Source of the DNA: Eledone cirrhosa
Taxonomy: Eukaryota
Assembly (NCBI GenBank): GCA_964016885.1
Contig: OZ024743.1
Span: 258,602,001 to 258,666,000 of the forward strand
Direction: 5' to 3'
Length of the DNA stretch: 64,000 bases
Shown: one piece after another, positions 37,429 to 51,359 of the stretch
Layout of the letters: every line of letters starts with the position of its first letter
Numbering within the stretch: position 1 is the stretch's first letter
Notes under the pieces: generated by a model
Told to the model about the DNA's origin: nothing
Databases searched by the model: none
Seen by the model: only the letters and a program-made list of their open reading frames with translations
Translations under genes and position numbers: made by a program

Positions 37429-38492
37429 CAGGGTGCGGACGATATTTGTTCGCAAGATTACTGTCTAGGAAAATGTAGCACAGTAGTTTTATTTTTTAAG
37501 ATGTATTTTTCAAACTTGGGTCAGTTTGTCTTCATCACTTGTTCTTTCGATCTCACTCGATAAACCCGCCATTGGCTTTGATGACAGCCTCAAGGCGGCC
37601 TTGGAACCGGCTACAGGCCTTCGTCACTGTCCCCCAAATTAGGCCCCTAAAGGCACTTGTGATCCTGACCTTCAGATCGTCTTTCATATTGCAGCTAGAT
37701 CTGTTGGTGTCTCGTTCCAATGCACACCACACAAAGAAGTCGAGGGGTTTGCAGTCAGGCGAGCTGGGAGGCCAGATGTCAGGTGAAGTGTGGTCGACAA
37801 AGTTCTCTGACAGCCAGGTTTGGGTCTTTCGGCTGGTATGGCAGGACGCTGAGTCTTATTGCTACACGTACGGCCTACCTGCAGCTACCTGGTCGATCCA
37901 GGGCTTTACTACTTCGCTCAGAATGCGGATGTAGCCATCGGTGTTCAGCTTGAGGCCCTCAGGGAAGAAGTGAGGTGGCATGATGTCACCTTGACTGCTG
38001 ACGACACCTAAGACCAATGTTGTCGCTGGAAACTTTGTCTGCATGACTCTGGGCACGTCTTTGGATGAGACAGCAAGCCACCTGTTGTTCTGGGAGTTGA
38101 TCTTCTGGTCTTGGCAGAAGTTTTTCTCGTCGGAGAAAAACCACAGCATGTCTGGCCCCAGTGGGTGTTTCAATTTGTTGATCAGCTTCTTTGCGTGCTT
38201 CAGTCGCTTTTCTTGCATCTCCTTCGAGCGAAATTGTCATTTCCTCATCTTGTATGAAACGTAGCGAATGTCTTCATGTACCACCAGCCTAATGAGCTTT
38301 TCATCCATGCCTTTCTCCCTTGCAATGGCACTCATTGACTTGCTAGGTTCATTGTTGATGATATCCTGAACTTCAGCAACTAACTCAGGCGTTCTGAAGG
38401 CATCAGATCGTCGATCATGTGTTTTCCTCTCTGATGTTGCTTCGTAGTCGAATCCTGAATCTTCCAATTCCTTTCTTACCTTTTCCACCATT
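37429..38492 (-). mobile_element. DD37D (maT) Tc1/mariner transposon, 5'-truncated pseudogene
   Basis: TA-CAGGGTG terminus. WFFSDEKNF, then Q*DSASCH...WPPSSPDCKPLD with 37 residues between the last two Asp. Two in-frame stops near 37860. Confidence 0.9.
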
Positions 38493-39146
38493 CTAGTTTC
38501 AAGCTTATTAGCTATCGTCAGCAACGTATACCTTCCTGCCAGATGGTTGAACGTCTGCAAGTATATACTTTTCTTATGCATATTAACGGCTGAGCAGCCT
38601 AATTTGCATATCGAGTGAGTTAATCGGCCGGGGTACTGAAAACGATAAACGGAAAAAATGAAACGAAATTTCATTTCTCACTCTTAGTACGGCTGTTACT
38701 TAAATATAAGTATGTATACGTACATACATATATGTATACAGACGTACAGTAGTATATATATATATACATACATGCACACATATATATATATGTACGTATC
38801 TATATATCGGTATCTATGTATCGGTACCCCGGCCGATTAACTCACTCAATATGCAAATTAGGCTGCTCAGCCGTTAATATGCATAAGGAAAGTATATACT
38901 TTCAGACGTTCAACCATCTGGCAGGAAGGTATACGTTGCTGACGATAGCTAATAAGCTTGAAACAAGTACAGCGTTCCTTTGCCAGTGTTGAACAAATGA
39001 GCAACGATGGCTGTTCGGGATGTTTGTTTACAAACACACCGAGCATATAATAAATGTTCTGTGAATCCATAGGTACATATATATATATGTGTGCATGTAT
39101 GTATATATATATACATACTACTGTACGTCTGTATACATATATGTAT
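38493..39146. repeat. Double inverted-repeat element with hammerhead
   Basis: IR 38493-38639/38821-38967 and IR 38705-38800/39069-39146. Confidence 0.85.
38933..38975 (+). ncRNA. Minimal type I hammerhead
   Basis: Stem I ACGUUG/CAGCGU, CUGACGA 38939-45, stem II AGCU-AAUA-AGCU, GAAA, CAAG (CUAG in the mirror arm), GUA site. Confidence 0.8.
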
Positions 39147-39177
39147 GTACGTATACATACTTATATATATATATATT

Positions 39178-39232
<55 letters not shown>

Positions 39233-39237
<5 letters not shown>

Positions 39238-39637
39238 TGTAGGAGGTGAGTTTTATTGTACCACAATAAAGCAATGCAAATATCGGATAAGTAGCACTCT
39301 ACAGTTTGTAGGACTGGAGTATAAATAATATAAGATCAAAAGATGGTTAAAAGAGTTCCAAGTATTTTATTATGCGCATTTCAAAAACAAATGTCATCAT
39401 GAGATGATATCTGCGTTTTCATCAGATAAAATAGGGATACATGATATGAAGGTTAAAAAACACTTGTGAATAGTGAATATGTTGATTTAAAACTTCACTA
39501 TTCACAAGTGTTTTTTTTAACCTTCAGATCATGTATCCCAATTTTATCTGATGAAAACGCAGATATCATTTATGATGATATTTGTTTTTGAAATGCGCAT
39601 AATAAAATACTTGGAACTCTTTTAACCATCTTTTGAT

Positions 39638-39643
<6 letters not shown>
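39233..39643. repeat. Inverted-repeat element with hammerheads in both arms
   Basis: Arms about 39328-39477/39494-39643 and a left extension, flanked by (TA)n. Confidence 0.9.
39541..39608 (+). ncRNA. Type I hammerhead (mirror on minus strand 39364-39432)
   Basis: Stem I AUUUUAU/AUAAAAU, CUGAUGA 39548-54, long stem II, GAAA 39590-93, palindromic UGCGCA, AUA site. Confidence 0.8.
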
Positions 39644-39692
<49 letters not shown>

Positions 39693-39696
<4 letters not shown>

Positions 39697-42600
39697 TCAT
39701 CATCATCGTTTAACGTCCATCTTCCACACTAGCATGGGTCTGGACTAGAATTGTCCCACTTGAGGCAAGATTGGTTGTCTTGCTCAGGACTGTCTGGCGG
39801 GTTTGCTACGGCTGGATGCCCTTCCTAACACCAACTGCGTTTATAGTGTGGACTGGGAGGTTTTTGCCATGTTACCTATACGGCCACATTACAGCGTGGA
39901 CTGTGTTTTTTTTTGTCGTGACACCTACACGACCTCATTTGTTTCGGACTGGATGTTGTGGTACCAACATAACTTTACATTAAAAGGGGTGGTGTGGATG
40001 GGGTGGGGGTAGTGGGACGGGGGTGTATTTTTGTTAGAGGTGCCTACTGACTGTAGTAGGTTTCACTTTGTACTTAGGTAAGGCGAGTCTTCTGTATTAC
40101 TGTGTAGCGCCAAACATCTCGGTCCAGTGACATTGTCTTGGAGAGGTGTAGGTGTGTGAAGTCGGAATTTATCAGGTCGTCCCAGGTTTTTCTGGGTCTG
40201 CCTACTCCGTGGCTACTGTCTATTTTTATTGCCCTGCACTTTTTTATACAGCTGTCGTCTTTCATGCGCATCACGTGACCGTACCAACGTAGTCTTCTCT
40301 CGAGTAAACAACATCTGATCCCTCTTATTTCTAATTTTTTCCTTAGTTCGTTTATGCTTTGCCGTTCACGTATATTACTATTACACATCCAGCGGAACAT
40401 GCAAGCTTCGTTCCTCTCCAGTCTGCGTATATCCTCTGCACACAATGCCCAGGTCTCACTGCCATGTAACATTGCTGTTCGTATGCAGGCATCATACAGC
40501 CTGCCTTTCATGTTTAGAGAGAGCCCTTTAGCGGCTAATAGTGGTATAAGCTCTCTGAACTTTTTCCATCCAGTTCTGACACTAGCTACTGTACTTTCAG
40601 AGCACCCTCCATCACTGCTGATTTGTCACCCAGGTAACAGAAGGTGTCCACTTTTTCTATAGAACCATCTGGGCAATGGAATGAGCTAGTATTATGTGGG
40701 CATTTGCTGCTATTTATTGCACCTGAGCACCGGCCACATATAAAATCTATATTCTTAGTTAGCTTACCTGTGATCCCACTACATCTTTTATGCACCCATA
40801 CTTTGCATTTGGGACATAAAATGGAGTTTCTGCCTACTCCTTTCCTACACACTGAACATGGCCATTTCCCAGATGGGACCAGTGCCCTATTTTCCTTCCT
40901 ACAAACTAGAACTTTAGTCTTAGACAGGTTAATTTTAAGGCCTTTTGATTCTAGGCCATGCTTCTATGTTTGGAATTTCTTCTCTAGTTCAGCCATTGAT
41001 TCAGCTATGAGCGTTAGATCATCTGCGTATAGAAGTTCCCATGGGCAGCCGGTCTTGACCTCCTCTGTTATAGCCTGAAGGGCAATAATAAATAGTAGGG
41101 GGCTAAGGACGGAGCCCTGATGAACACCAACTTTTACGCTAAACTCTTCACTATATTCGTTGTTAATTCTAACCTTGCTGACTGTTTCTTTATACATGGC
41201 TTGTATAGCTCTTACAAGCCATTCATCAACACCTAGTTTTCTAAGGGCCCAACAGATAATCGAGCGGGGTACTCTGTCAAAGGCTTTCTCAAAGTCAACA
41301 AAAGCTAAGTATAGGGGTTTACTTTTAGCTACTCCTGTAGTTGTCGTACAATGAAAAGAGTGTCTGTTGTACTTTTACCTGACACAAACCCGAACTGCAT
41401 TCCGTCTAGATCAATTCGCTCTCTGATTAGTTGCGCTATTACTTTTTCTATGACCTTCATGACCTGGTCAATTAATTTAATGCCTCTATAGTTTCCCCTA
41501 TCTAGGGCATCTCCTTTACCCTTGTAGCAGTTAATGATGATGCTGCTGCGCCAGTCCTTCGGAACGACCCCATTCTGTATGACTTGGTTTACTATCCGGG
41601 TGACCATAGTGTGTCCCACCGTTCCAGATGCTTTCAGCATTTCAGCAACTATTTCCAAAGGTCCAGCCGCCTTACCCGTCTTCATATCGTTGATCGCCTT
41701 ACTTATTATACTACCTTCAACTTGCACTGCTGGTTCCTCTATTGGATCGATGTGGGGGAGACTGTCTTTCTCCCAATTATTCTCCTCATTTAGTAGCCTT
41801 TCATAGTGACACTTCCAAGCTACCTTCTTATCAGCGTCAGTGATGGCAAGTATACCATCATCAATAAGGACACACTTCTCCCCGACAATATCACGGTTTT
41901 CCTTGACACATTGCCTAGCAATCCTGAACACCTCACGTTTTTGGTCCTCGCGTTGTAGAACATGCTTGAACTTTCTTTCCTCTGCTTCCCTTCTTGCAAA
42001 GTACACTTGTCTCCTAGCTTCCCTCCTGGCCACTTGATAGTCTTCTACTTCCTCCATCCTGCCATGCTTTCCAAGCCTGCTTTTTGGCCTTGATTGACGC
42101 CTCCACCTTACTGTTCCACCACCAAGTTACTCTCCTCCTGCCTATAGGTCTGCTCCAGCCACACGTTTCATCTGTCACCTTCAGCAGGTTAGCTTTCAGG
42201 AATTCCCACTGTTCTTCTATATTGTATGTCTCTAATTGCTCTTCCTTACTATCAAAAGCATCAAGTAATATGCTTTTAAATTTATTACTGGCTGTGGGGT
42301 CCTTTAACTTCCATATTTTTCTCCTGAGGATAGTCCTCTTCTGTTGTCGAGTACGTCTCATCCTGACTATGAGGTCGCTAATTATGAGTCTATGTTGAGA
42401 GGTGCATTCTTCATGGGGGAGGGATTTAATGTTTACAACAGACACTCTGTCACGTCTTCTGGTAAGGATATAAGCTACCTGGCTGGTGTGTTACCCTGAT
42501 CTATAGGTGATCAAGTGATTGTCTCGTTTTTTGAAGTTAGTGTTACAGATAGTTAGGTTATTTGCGTCACAGAATTCCAGGATTCTGGAGTCTTCCTCAT

Positions 42601-43115
42601 TTCTAGTACCAAACCCTTAGCCTGCATGGATTCCGTCATTAGCCGTCACAATGTTGTCCAACGTGACCATTTAGGTCACCAGCGATAACTATGTAGTCAC
42701 TGTCGGTTATTTGGGAGGTAGTGAGCATTAACGTCTCATAGAATCTGTCTTTTATAACGCCAGGCAGTCCGGATTGTGGTGCATATGCAGATATTATTGT
42801 CACAGTAGTTCTATTGAGGACAAGTCTTATTTTAATTATTCTGTCGTTCACTCTATTTACATCTATTATCTTATCTGCCCACTTTTCTGCTACCATGATT
42901 CCTACTCCACCCAGCCCATTGTCATTTCCCACCCAGAAAAGCTTATAGCATCGTTCTTTACCCACAATGAATCTAGCAGACCCACCCCTCCACCTGGTCT
43001 CTTGAATACAGCAAACATCGACCTCCTGACATTCAAGCATTTATACAACCTCGTTAGAGTGACCTTTTAAGGTACCTACATTCATGGTACCAACTCTGAA
43101 GTTTTGGATTGCGTT
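39693..43115 (-). mobile_element. RTE family B, near-complete ORF region, pseudogenised
   Basis: From RVGTMNVGTL and CIQETRW through YADD to RRLRWYGH with several stops and frameshifts, then 3'UTR and (GAT)n. Confidence 0.95.
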
Positions 43116-43345
43116 TATATATAATATATATATATATATGTATATATATGTATATTATATATATATAATATATATATATATCATATATATATATATTATA
43201 TATATATATAAATATATATCATATATTTATATATATATTATATATATATATATTATATATAGTAACAATAATAAAATTGAAGACTAAAATCCAAAGAGGG
43301 CTCGATAAGGAAAATATATATCAAATATATAAGAACCGTAGAGCA

Positions 43346-43679
43346 AATACAGAGTACCCGACCTCCCATGGGTACAAGCTGAAGCATATAGACAATATGC
43401 CCCACACCTCCCACCGCAAGGTGGTCGTGGAGGTGCCACAGCCAAAAAGAACCCAGCCCACACTGTAAAGTGGATGTGTAGGCGCCACAAAAAGCACCCA
43501 GCACTCACTGTAAATGAGGTTGGTGTTAGGAAGGGCATCCAGCTGTAGAAATCAAGCCAAATCAGTTCCTGTATGAGCAAGGCATGGTCAGCCGACCAAA
43601 TACTGCCCACAGCAGGACAACCCGTCTAACCCATGCTAGCGTGGAAGAACGGACGTAAAACGGTGATGATGATGATGAT
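43346..43679 (+). mobile_element. RTE-A 3' end fragment
   Basis: Matches 31400-31714. Confidence 0.9.
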
Positions 43680-43745
43680 AATATATATATATATATTATA
43701 TATATATATATATTATATATATATATATATTATATATATATGTAT

Positions 43746-44060
43746 TCATCATTTTACGTCCACTTTTCCATGCTTGCAAGGGTGGGACGGGAACTGATTC
43801 TGGCTTGATTTCTACAGCTGGATGCCCTTCCTAACACCAACCTCATTTACAGTGAACGCTTTTTTACCTCCACAACCACTTTGCAGTGGAATGATATGGA
43901 CCCCAGTCCCTATTATCTCATTTCTACAGCTGAGTAAACTGGAGCAATGTGAAAAAATAAAGTGTCATGCTCAAGGAAACAACACATCATCCAGTCTGAG
44001 AATTGAACTCACAACCTTCCGATTACAATGCCAATGCTTTAACCACTAAGCCATGTGCCT
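43746..44060 (-). mobile_element. tRNA-derived SINE with RTE 3' end
   Basis: Reverse-complement paralog of 8729-9056. Confidence 0.85.
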
Positions 44061-46489
44061 CAACATATTATATATATATATATAATATATATATATCATA
44101 TATATATTATATATTTAATATATATATCATATATATTAAAGTATATATTAGAGTTGATGGAGGTTACACACAATCATATATACAAATATAAATATATATA
44201 TATATATATATATATCTCCATATATATAAATATATATATGTATATATACATATACACCCCACCACTCAAAATTATACCTTTAAATATTACTTGGCGTGTT
44301 GGGCATGGGGAATGGAAGCAGCCATCTTTGCTTCTGTTTCTTGACTTTTAATTTCCTTTCAATTTTGTTTCCTGAAAGAAAAATTCTCATTTTCTTCAGC
44401 TTTACATTTAATATTAACTTTAGAAATTAAAAATCTGTTATACTCCTTTCCCACACCGTATCCTTATATTTACATTACCATTTATTTTATTTCATTCTTG
44501 CCTTCTTTTTTTTTGCCAATTTTACATATATTGCAGTGCTGTTTCTTTGTTCTTTTCTTCTTTCATATTTGGACATCTTTTCATTATTCTTCAACATGGA
44601 ATTCTGCTTGAGATTTTTCTACGAAATGTTATAATAATAAGCCTCCCTGTTATCCAATTTCCAACTAAAATAAAGTGACTTTTATTTATATTACATATTT
44701 ATGTACAACCCTTGTTAGCCAGGAAAAGGGCTTATGATGATGATGATCATGTAGATATATATATATCCAGTACTGTATTAAAATCCATGTTTGTTTTAGT
44801 TTTGGTTATGTGTTTGCACAACAAAAGATGCTATTTTTGGTAATTATTGTAACTTTAAAGTTCAATAAACATGCTGTGGCAGCAACTTGGCATAGTCATT
44901 AGAACAGCAGATAGAATGTCTTGCAATATGCATTCTAGCTTTCTGGTCCTAGCATTCAATTCTTACTGAAGTTAACTTTGCCTCTCATCCTTTTGGGGTC
45001 AATGAAATAAAACACTTGTCCAGGGCAATGGATTAGTAGATTTGTTAGAGAGTTGGGGAAAATGTCTTCCAGTATTTATTCTAACTCTCTGTTCACTGAG
45101 TTCAAATCCCATCAAAGTCAACTTTACTTTTCATCGTTTTGGAAAGGTGGGGGCTGGAAAATAAAACACCAGTCCAGGGAAGATGCCTTGTGGTAGAAGT
45201 TCCAACCAGTTACATTCTGAATTCAAAGTCCATGCTGTCCTATGTTTGACCTGAACTTTGGTGAGCATGAACAGGTAAGCCTAAACCCAGCATTATTGAA
45301 AGAGGCATAGCTAGGGGGCTGCAATTAGGGACAGCTATGGAGAGGCACAAACTTCTTCTGCTCTATCATGACTTATAATTATGGTGAGGGCACCAAAAAT
45401 GTCTTTGTTCTTAGCAATAAAAATCCATGTTGCTATTGACTTGGCTGACTGCTTCCATTTCATGAAGCTTGCCATCAAGACCTCTGGTGTGTCCTGTGAG
45501 GTGGAGTGGCTGATGCAGCAAGTGTCACTGCTTGTTCTCTATGACATGCCTTCACCATTTTGTCCATGGGGCACAGCTGAGATATACCATCTAGACTGGA
45601 ATGAAGAGTGTGCCACTCTCTGCCCCTTTCACTTACTTTTGTTATTTAACTTTTACTCTTTTTTTCCATTCAATAAAATGCCACTTATTGTTGCTGAGGC
45701 TTCATCAGCAGTGAATCATAAAGGGCTGAATAGGAAACTATGCTTTTTTTTTTTTTCATTTTACCATATTTTGAGACCAGGACAAGAAAAGAAAAACTTG
45801 CCCAGATGCCTATTCTTAAATTTTCAACTTTTGAAATAGTAAATGTTGTTTTTGTTTTAAATGTACTTGAACTAATATCATATGTACCACTAATACACTG
45901 TGGTGAATTCAGTCAACTAATGTTAGTTTAGTTTTATTGGTTCTAGAACTAGTATCACATGTACCAGTAATATATTGACTTCTAATTTAGGCACAAAGCA
46001 TGATGGTTGGATAACATTCATGAGCTTGGCTCACAGAACCCACATCAAACAGCTATATTAGGATGCTGATTCCAATCTGGTGGACCTGCCATGAGCAATG
46101 GATGACCAAAGCAGATGGCGAGAGAGAGTATTGGGAATCCATGCAACCAGCATGCTAAGATAAGATGATGATACCAAACCATTTGAAACTACCTCTCGTT
46201 TTACAATTCAAGGCTGTTAGTTTTAGAATATTTAGATCTGTCTAAAAACCTTCCATCATAATTTTATGTAAGATTCTTTGTTAGGGTATGTTATGAACTT
46301 TTGAAAAACAAAAATATCGGTCAGTGTACACAGGAGAGATATCACCTGGTATGGTCATATAATGTGACTGAGAAGCTATAATGGGTGATAAGTCTCCATA
46401 AAACAATGGACATGGCATTTTTTATAAGAAGTCAAGATAAAAAGAACTGCTGTGATGATGAAGTAGCTTTCTTAGATGAAATACTATGA

Positions 46490-46740
46490 AGAAATCACAG
46501 ATTAGTTGATATAGGGTCAATAATAACGACAACAAAGATGGGTTAAGATAGACATCAGAAAGGTGTTGATACAGAATCAATAACAACTTTGCAGACAGGG
46601 ATTCATATAGAATCAACAAAGCTATAACAGATGAAATTGTTACAGGATCAAGAAATATATTACAACAGGTGGGTTGATACAGAATCAGCAGAGACATTAC
46701 CGAAGGTTTGATACAGGATCAACAACAACATCGAACATGG
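46490..46740. repeat. Degenerate minisatellite of about 45 bp
   Basis: Recurring GTTGATACAGAATCAACAACAAC-like unit. Confidence 0.55.
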
Positions 46741-47164
46741 GTAAAAACAAGGATATACAATCATGTTGCTACAGTGATTAATAGCAAACAAGAAATAGTA
46801 AGTTAAGATAATGGAGTTAAGAGAGAGGGGGAGAGAAAGGGAAAGAAATTGATAGAGAGGGAGAATGACAGGCAAATGGAAAGAGAAAGGTAGATAGAGA
46901 GAGGGGCAGACAGAAATTATAGTACAGTTAATATTAGTTTTATATTCAGTTTACCTCCAGAACAACATCAATAACGAAAAGAATGAGAATGAATAAAAGA
47001 CGAAGACATATGTCATTTTGTTTTCCATTAAAGACTAATGGGGGTTTGATTTTAATCAAGAACCGATTAGGGACATATCAGTATAGCAGCAAATACATAT
47101 GTGTGTGTTTGCATGTGCATAGTGGGTTTTGCAGTTGTAGATGTGCACAGTTCAAAGCATGGGC

Positions 47165-47219
<55 letters not shown>

Positions 47220-47319
47220 CTACATACACACGTTTTCCCATGCATTAAATTTATTTTATATATATATCATCCATCATCATCATCATTTAACACCCATTTT
47301 CCCTGCTAACAAGGGTTGG

Positions 47320-47370
<51 letters not shown>

Positions 47371-47400
47371 ATGATGATTATATATATATATATATATACA

Positions 47401-47781
47401 GCCAGTAGGCATCTCTAACAAAATACACCCCGTCCCACCACCACCACCCCCACCCGATCCACACCACCCCGTTCTATGTAAAGTTATGTTGGTGCCGCGC
47501 CATCCAGGCCGAAACAAATGAGATCATGTAGGTGTCACGACAAAAAAAAACACACAGTCCACGCTGTAATGTGGCCGTGTAGGCAACACGGTAAAAACCT
47601 CCCAGACCCACACTGTAAATGTGGTTGGTGTTAGGAAGGGCATCCAGCTGTAGAAAACCTGCCAGACAGTCCTATGCGAGCAAGACAATCACTCTTGCCT
47701 CAAGTGGGACTACCCCCGTCCAAACCCATGCAAGCGTGGAACACGGACGTTAAACGTTGATGATGATGATGATGATGATGA
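47401..47781 (+). mobile_element. RTE-B 3'UTR fragment
   Basis: Matches 23325-23699, with a (GAT)n tail. Confidence 0.9.
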
Positions 47782-48174
47782 TATACATTTCAATTACTCC
47801 TACATTTCTGTAGTAACATTGTTGATAGCCCAAATACCAGACATAAGCCTATGCAATCAATCTTCAGCCAATAAGTTTTAAGTACTTACCATTTCAATGG
47901 AAGACTGTCTCTCAGTTAACAACAGATTGGTAGTGATGATGTTGAAGAGGGTGGTGGTGCAATTGTTAATAACAGATCATAACCAGCTGTACATCAAAGT
48001 TCTCTATACTGGATAGACATGGACATCAAATCTAGTTTCATTTTTTATTTTGAGTTTCAGTTTTATGTGATTGATTTATTCGTCAACTTTTTTCATTTAA
48101 ATATGCACACACATATGTGTGTTTGTTATGTATGCGTGTGTGTATATATATATATGTATGTATGTGTGTATATA

Positions 48175-48229
<55 letters not shown>

Positions 48230-48382
48230 GTGTGTGTGTGTGTGAACCCACGCTAGCGCGGAAAATGGACGTTAAACGAAGATGATGATGATGATATATA
48301 TATATATGTGTATATATATATATATATGTATGTATATATATATATGTATGTATATATATTTGTATATATATATATATGTATG

Positions 48383-48416
<34 letters not shown>

Positions 48417-48467
48417 TACATATATATATGTATGCATGTATGTGTGTATATATATATATATATGTAT

Positions 48468-48508
<41 letters not shown>

Positions 48509-48555
48509 TATATATATGTATATATATATATGTGTATGTATATATATGTATGTAG

Positions 48556-48588
<33 letters not shown>

Positions 48589-48609
48589 CATATTTGTACA
48601 TATATGTGC

Positions 48610-48662
<53 letters not shown>

Positions 48663-49085
48663 TATACACACACACATATTTGATTTGAGTTTAAGATTGA
48701 AAAACCACGCACAATTTTTTCATGTTCTTCATTACAAAAGCTCCATTTTTTTCATTATTTTCTCCCTTTGTAAACTCATCAATCATGGTCAAACACTGGT
48801 GATACAATGTTGAAAAAAAAAACAATTTTTAAGACAGTCTTTCCTCAACTATTTTCTTCACTACTAATAAAATTAATATTCTCCCAACACTAATGCTACC
48901 TAATACTATCGTTTAGACTGTCACTTAAGCCACCGAACTAACAACAACACATAATTCCTCTAAACTTAAAATAATAATAATAGTGATAATTTCTTTATTT
49001 AATAATAATAATCTTTATTTAATATTTGTATGTGTTTTTCCAATTTCTCTCATCAATTTTTCTTCATTTAAATACACACACAAGC

Positions 49086-49135
<50 letters not shown>

Positions 49136-49400
49136 ATTAAAAGTTTAAGCAAACATTTTCCACTTTCAACCTTATGCAGGATTGATCCTGCATAAGGTTG
49201 AAAGCAGAAATTGTTTCCTAAGAAAACAATTTCTGCTTTCATCCTTATGCAGGATCGATCTGTGCTACTAATAAATATTTGTTCTACGGGTTTATATATA
49301 ATATATATATATATAACCCTTATTGAGTTGTCTCTGGTTTTTGGCCTCTATTATTCCTATTATATAAACACATTGAGCTTTGTATTAAACTATTGGGCAC

Positions 49401-49733
49401 TCATCATCATCATGATTATCATTTTATGTCCGCTTTTCCCTGCTTGCAAGGGTGGGATGGGAACTGATTCTGGCTTGATTTCTACAGCTGGATGCCCTTC
49501 CTAACACCAACCTCATTTACAGTGAGTGCTGGGTGCTTTTTTGCCGTGGCACCTACACGACCACTTTGCAGTGGAATGAACACTTTGCATCTCATTTCTA
49601 CAGCTGAGTAAACTGGAGCAATGTGAAATAAAGTGTCTTGCTCAAGGAAACAACACATCACCCGGTCTGAGAATTGAACTCACAACCTTTTGATTGCAAG
49701 CTCAATGCTCTAACCACTAAGCCATGTGCCTCC
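49401..49733 (-). mobile_element. tRNA-derived SINE with RTE 3' end
   Basis: Paralog of 8729-9056. Confidence 0.85.
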
Positions 49734-49759
49734 TATATATAAACTATACTATATAGTTC

Positions 49760-50090
49760 TCATCATCATCACTGTTTAACGTCCATTTTTCCATGTTAGC
49801 ATGGGTTAGACAAGTTGCCCTGTTGTGATCAATGCTAGATCAGGTGAAAATGTCTTGCTCATACAGAACTGATTCTGGCTTGGTTTCTACAGCTGGATGC
49901 CTTTCCTAATGCCAACATCATTTACAGTGAGTACTGGGTGTTTTTTGCCATGACACCTACATAACCACTTTACAGTGTGGAATGGGTGCTTTTTGTCATG
50001 TCACCTACACGACCACTTCACAGTTTGGGCTGAGTGCTTTTTGCCATGTCACCATCATGACTACTTTACAGTGTGGGCTGTAGCCTTCAC
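49760..50090 (-). mobile_element. Older RTE-type 3'UTR fragment
   Basis: Diverged match to the RTE-A 3'UTR with an internal repeat of about 42 bp. Confidence 0.7.
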
Positions 50091-50134
50091 TGGATGTATA
50101 CTTCAGCCCGTCGTCATGGCATATATATATATAT

Positions 50135-50200
<66 letters not shown>

Positions 50201-50232
<32 letters not shown>

Positions 50233-51234
50233 ATCATTGTTCCATGCTAGTATGGGTTAGACGGGAGTTAGATGGGTTAGACGGGAGTTGTCCCACTTGA
50301 GGCAAGATTGGTCGGGTGACCGTGTCTCGCTCGTATAGGACTATCTGGCAGATTTTCTATGCATGATGCTCTTCCTAACACCAACCATATTTACAGTGTG
50401 GACTGGGAGCTTTTTCCCATGTTACCTATATGACCACATTACAGCTGGACTGTGTTTTTTTGTTGTGACACCTACACGATCTCATTAGTTTGAACTGGGA
50501 TGTTGTGGTACCAACATAACTTTATAGAGAAAGGGTGGTGTTGGCGGGAGTGGGAGGATGGAGTAGAGGGAGTGGGTTAGGGTGTGTATTAGGTTTGGAG
50601 GGGCCTACTGACTGTAGGTTAACTTTGCATGTAGGGAAGGCAGATCTTCTGTATTACTACATGGCGCCAAAGATCTCGATCCAGTGACATTGTCTTAGAG
50701 AGGTGCAAGTGTGTAAGGTTAGAATTTATCATGTCATCCCAGGTTTTTCTGGGTCTACCTACTCCGTAACTTCCATCAATTTTGATCGCCCTGCACTTTT
50801 TTTATACAGCTGGCGTCTTTCATGCACATCATGTGACCGTACCAACGTAATCTTCTCTCAAGTATACACCATCTGATCCCTTTTATTCCTAATTTCTCAT
50901 TTAGTTCATTTATGTTTTGCCGTTCACATATATTACAACTACACATCCAACGGAGCATGCATGCTTTGTTCCTTTCAGTCTGTGCAGGTCCTCTGCAAAC
51001 AATGCCCATGTATCACTGCCATGTAACATTGCTGTTCGTATACAATCATCATACAATCTGCCGTTCATTTTCAAAGAGAAACCTTTTGTGGCCAACAGTG
51101 GTATAAGCTCTCTGAACTTTTTCCATCCTGTTCTAACTCTGGCTACTGTGTTTTCAGAGCACGCTCCACCACTGCTGATTTTGTCACCCAGGTAACAGAA
51201 AGTGTCCACTATTTCTATAGAACCATCTGGGCAG
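50201..51234 (-). mobile_element. RTE family B-like 3' fragment
   Basis: DTFCYLGD..GWKKFREL..RRLRWYGH, then 3'UTR and (GAT)n. Confidence 0.9.
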
Positions 51235-51326
51235 TATATATATATATATACAAGTTAATATAAATTAATATATGATAAACACTAATAAAAAGACTGTTTG
51301 AGTTTATAACTCTATATATAATATAT

Positions 51327-51359
<33 letters not shown>

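Noticed and set aside
45381-45839. 152-aa ORF
   Set aside because: No domain similarity, low-complexity end, no splice or codon evidence.
47890-47986. Minus-strand exon ending ATG/GTAAGT
   Set aside because: Good splice-like sites but stops in all frames and no supporting neighbouring exons. It could be a UTR exon but cannot be supported.
48126-48712. Numerous [16 protein letters not shown] ORFs here and throughout the window
   Set aside because: Translations of (TA)n, (CA)n and (CT)n microsatellites, not proteins.
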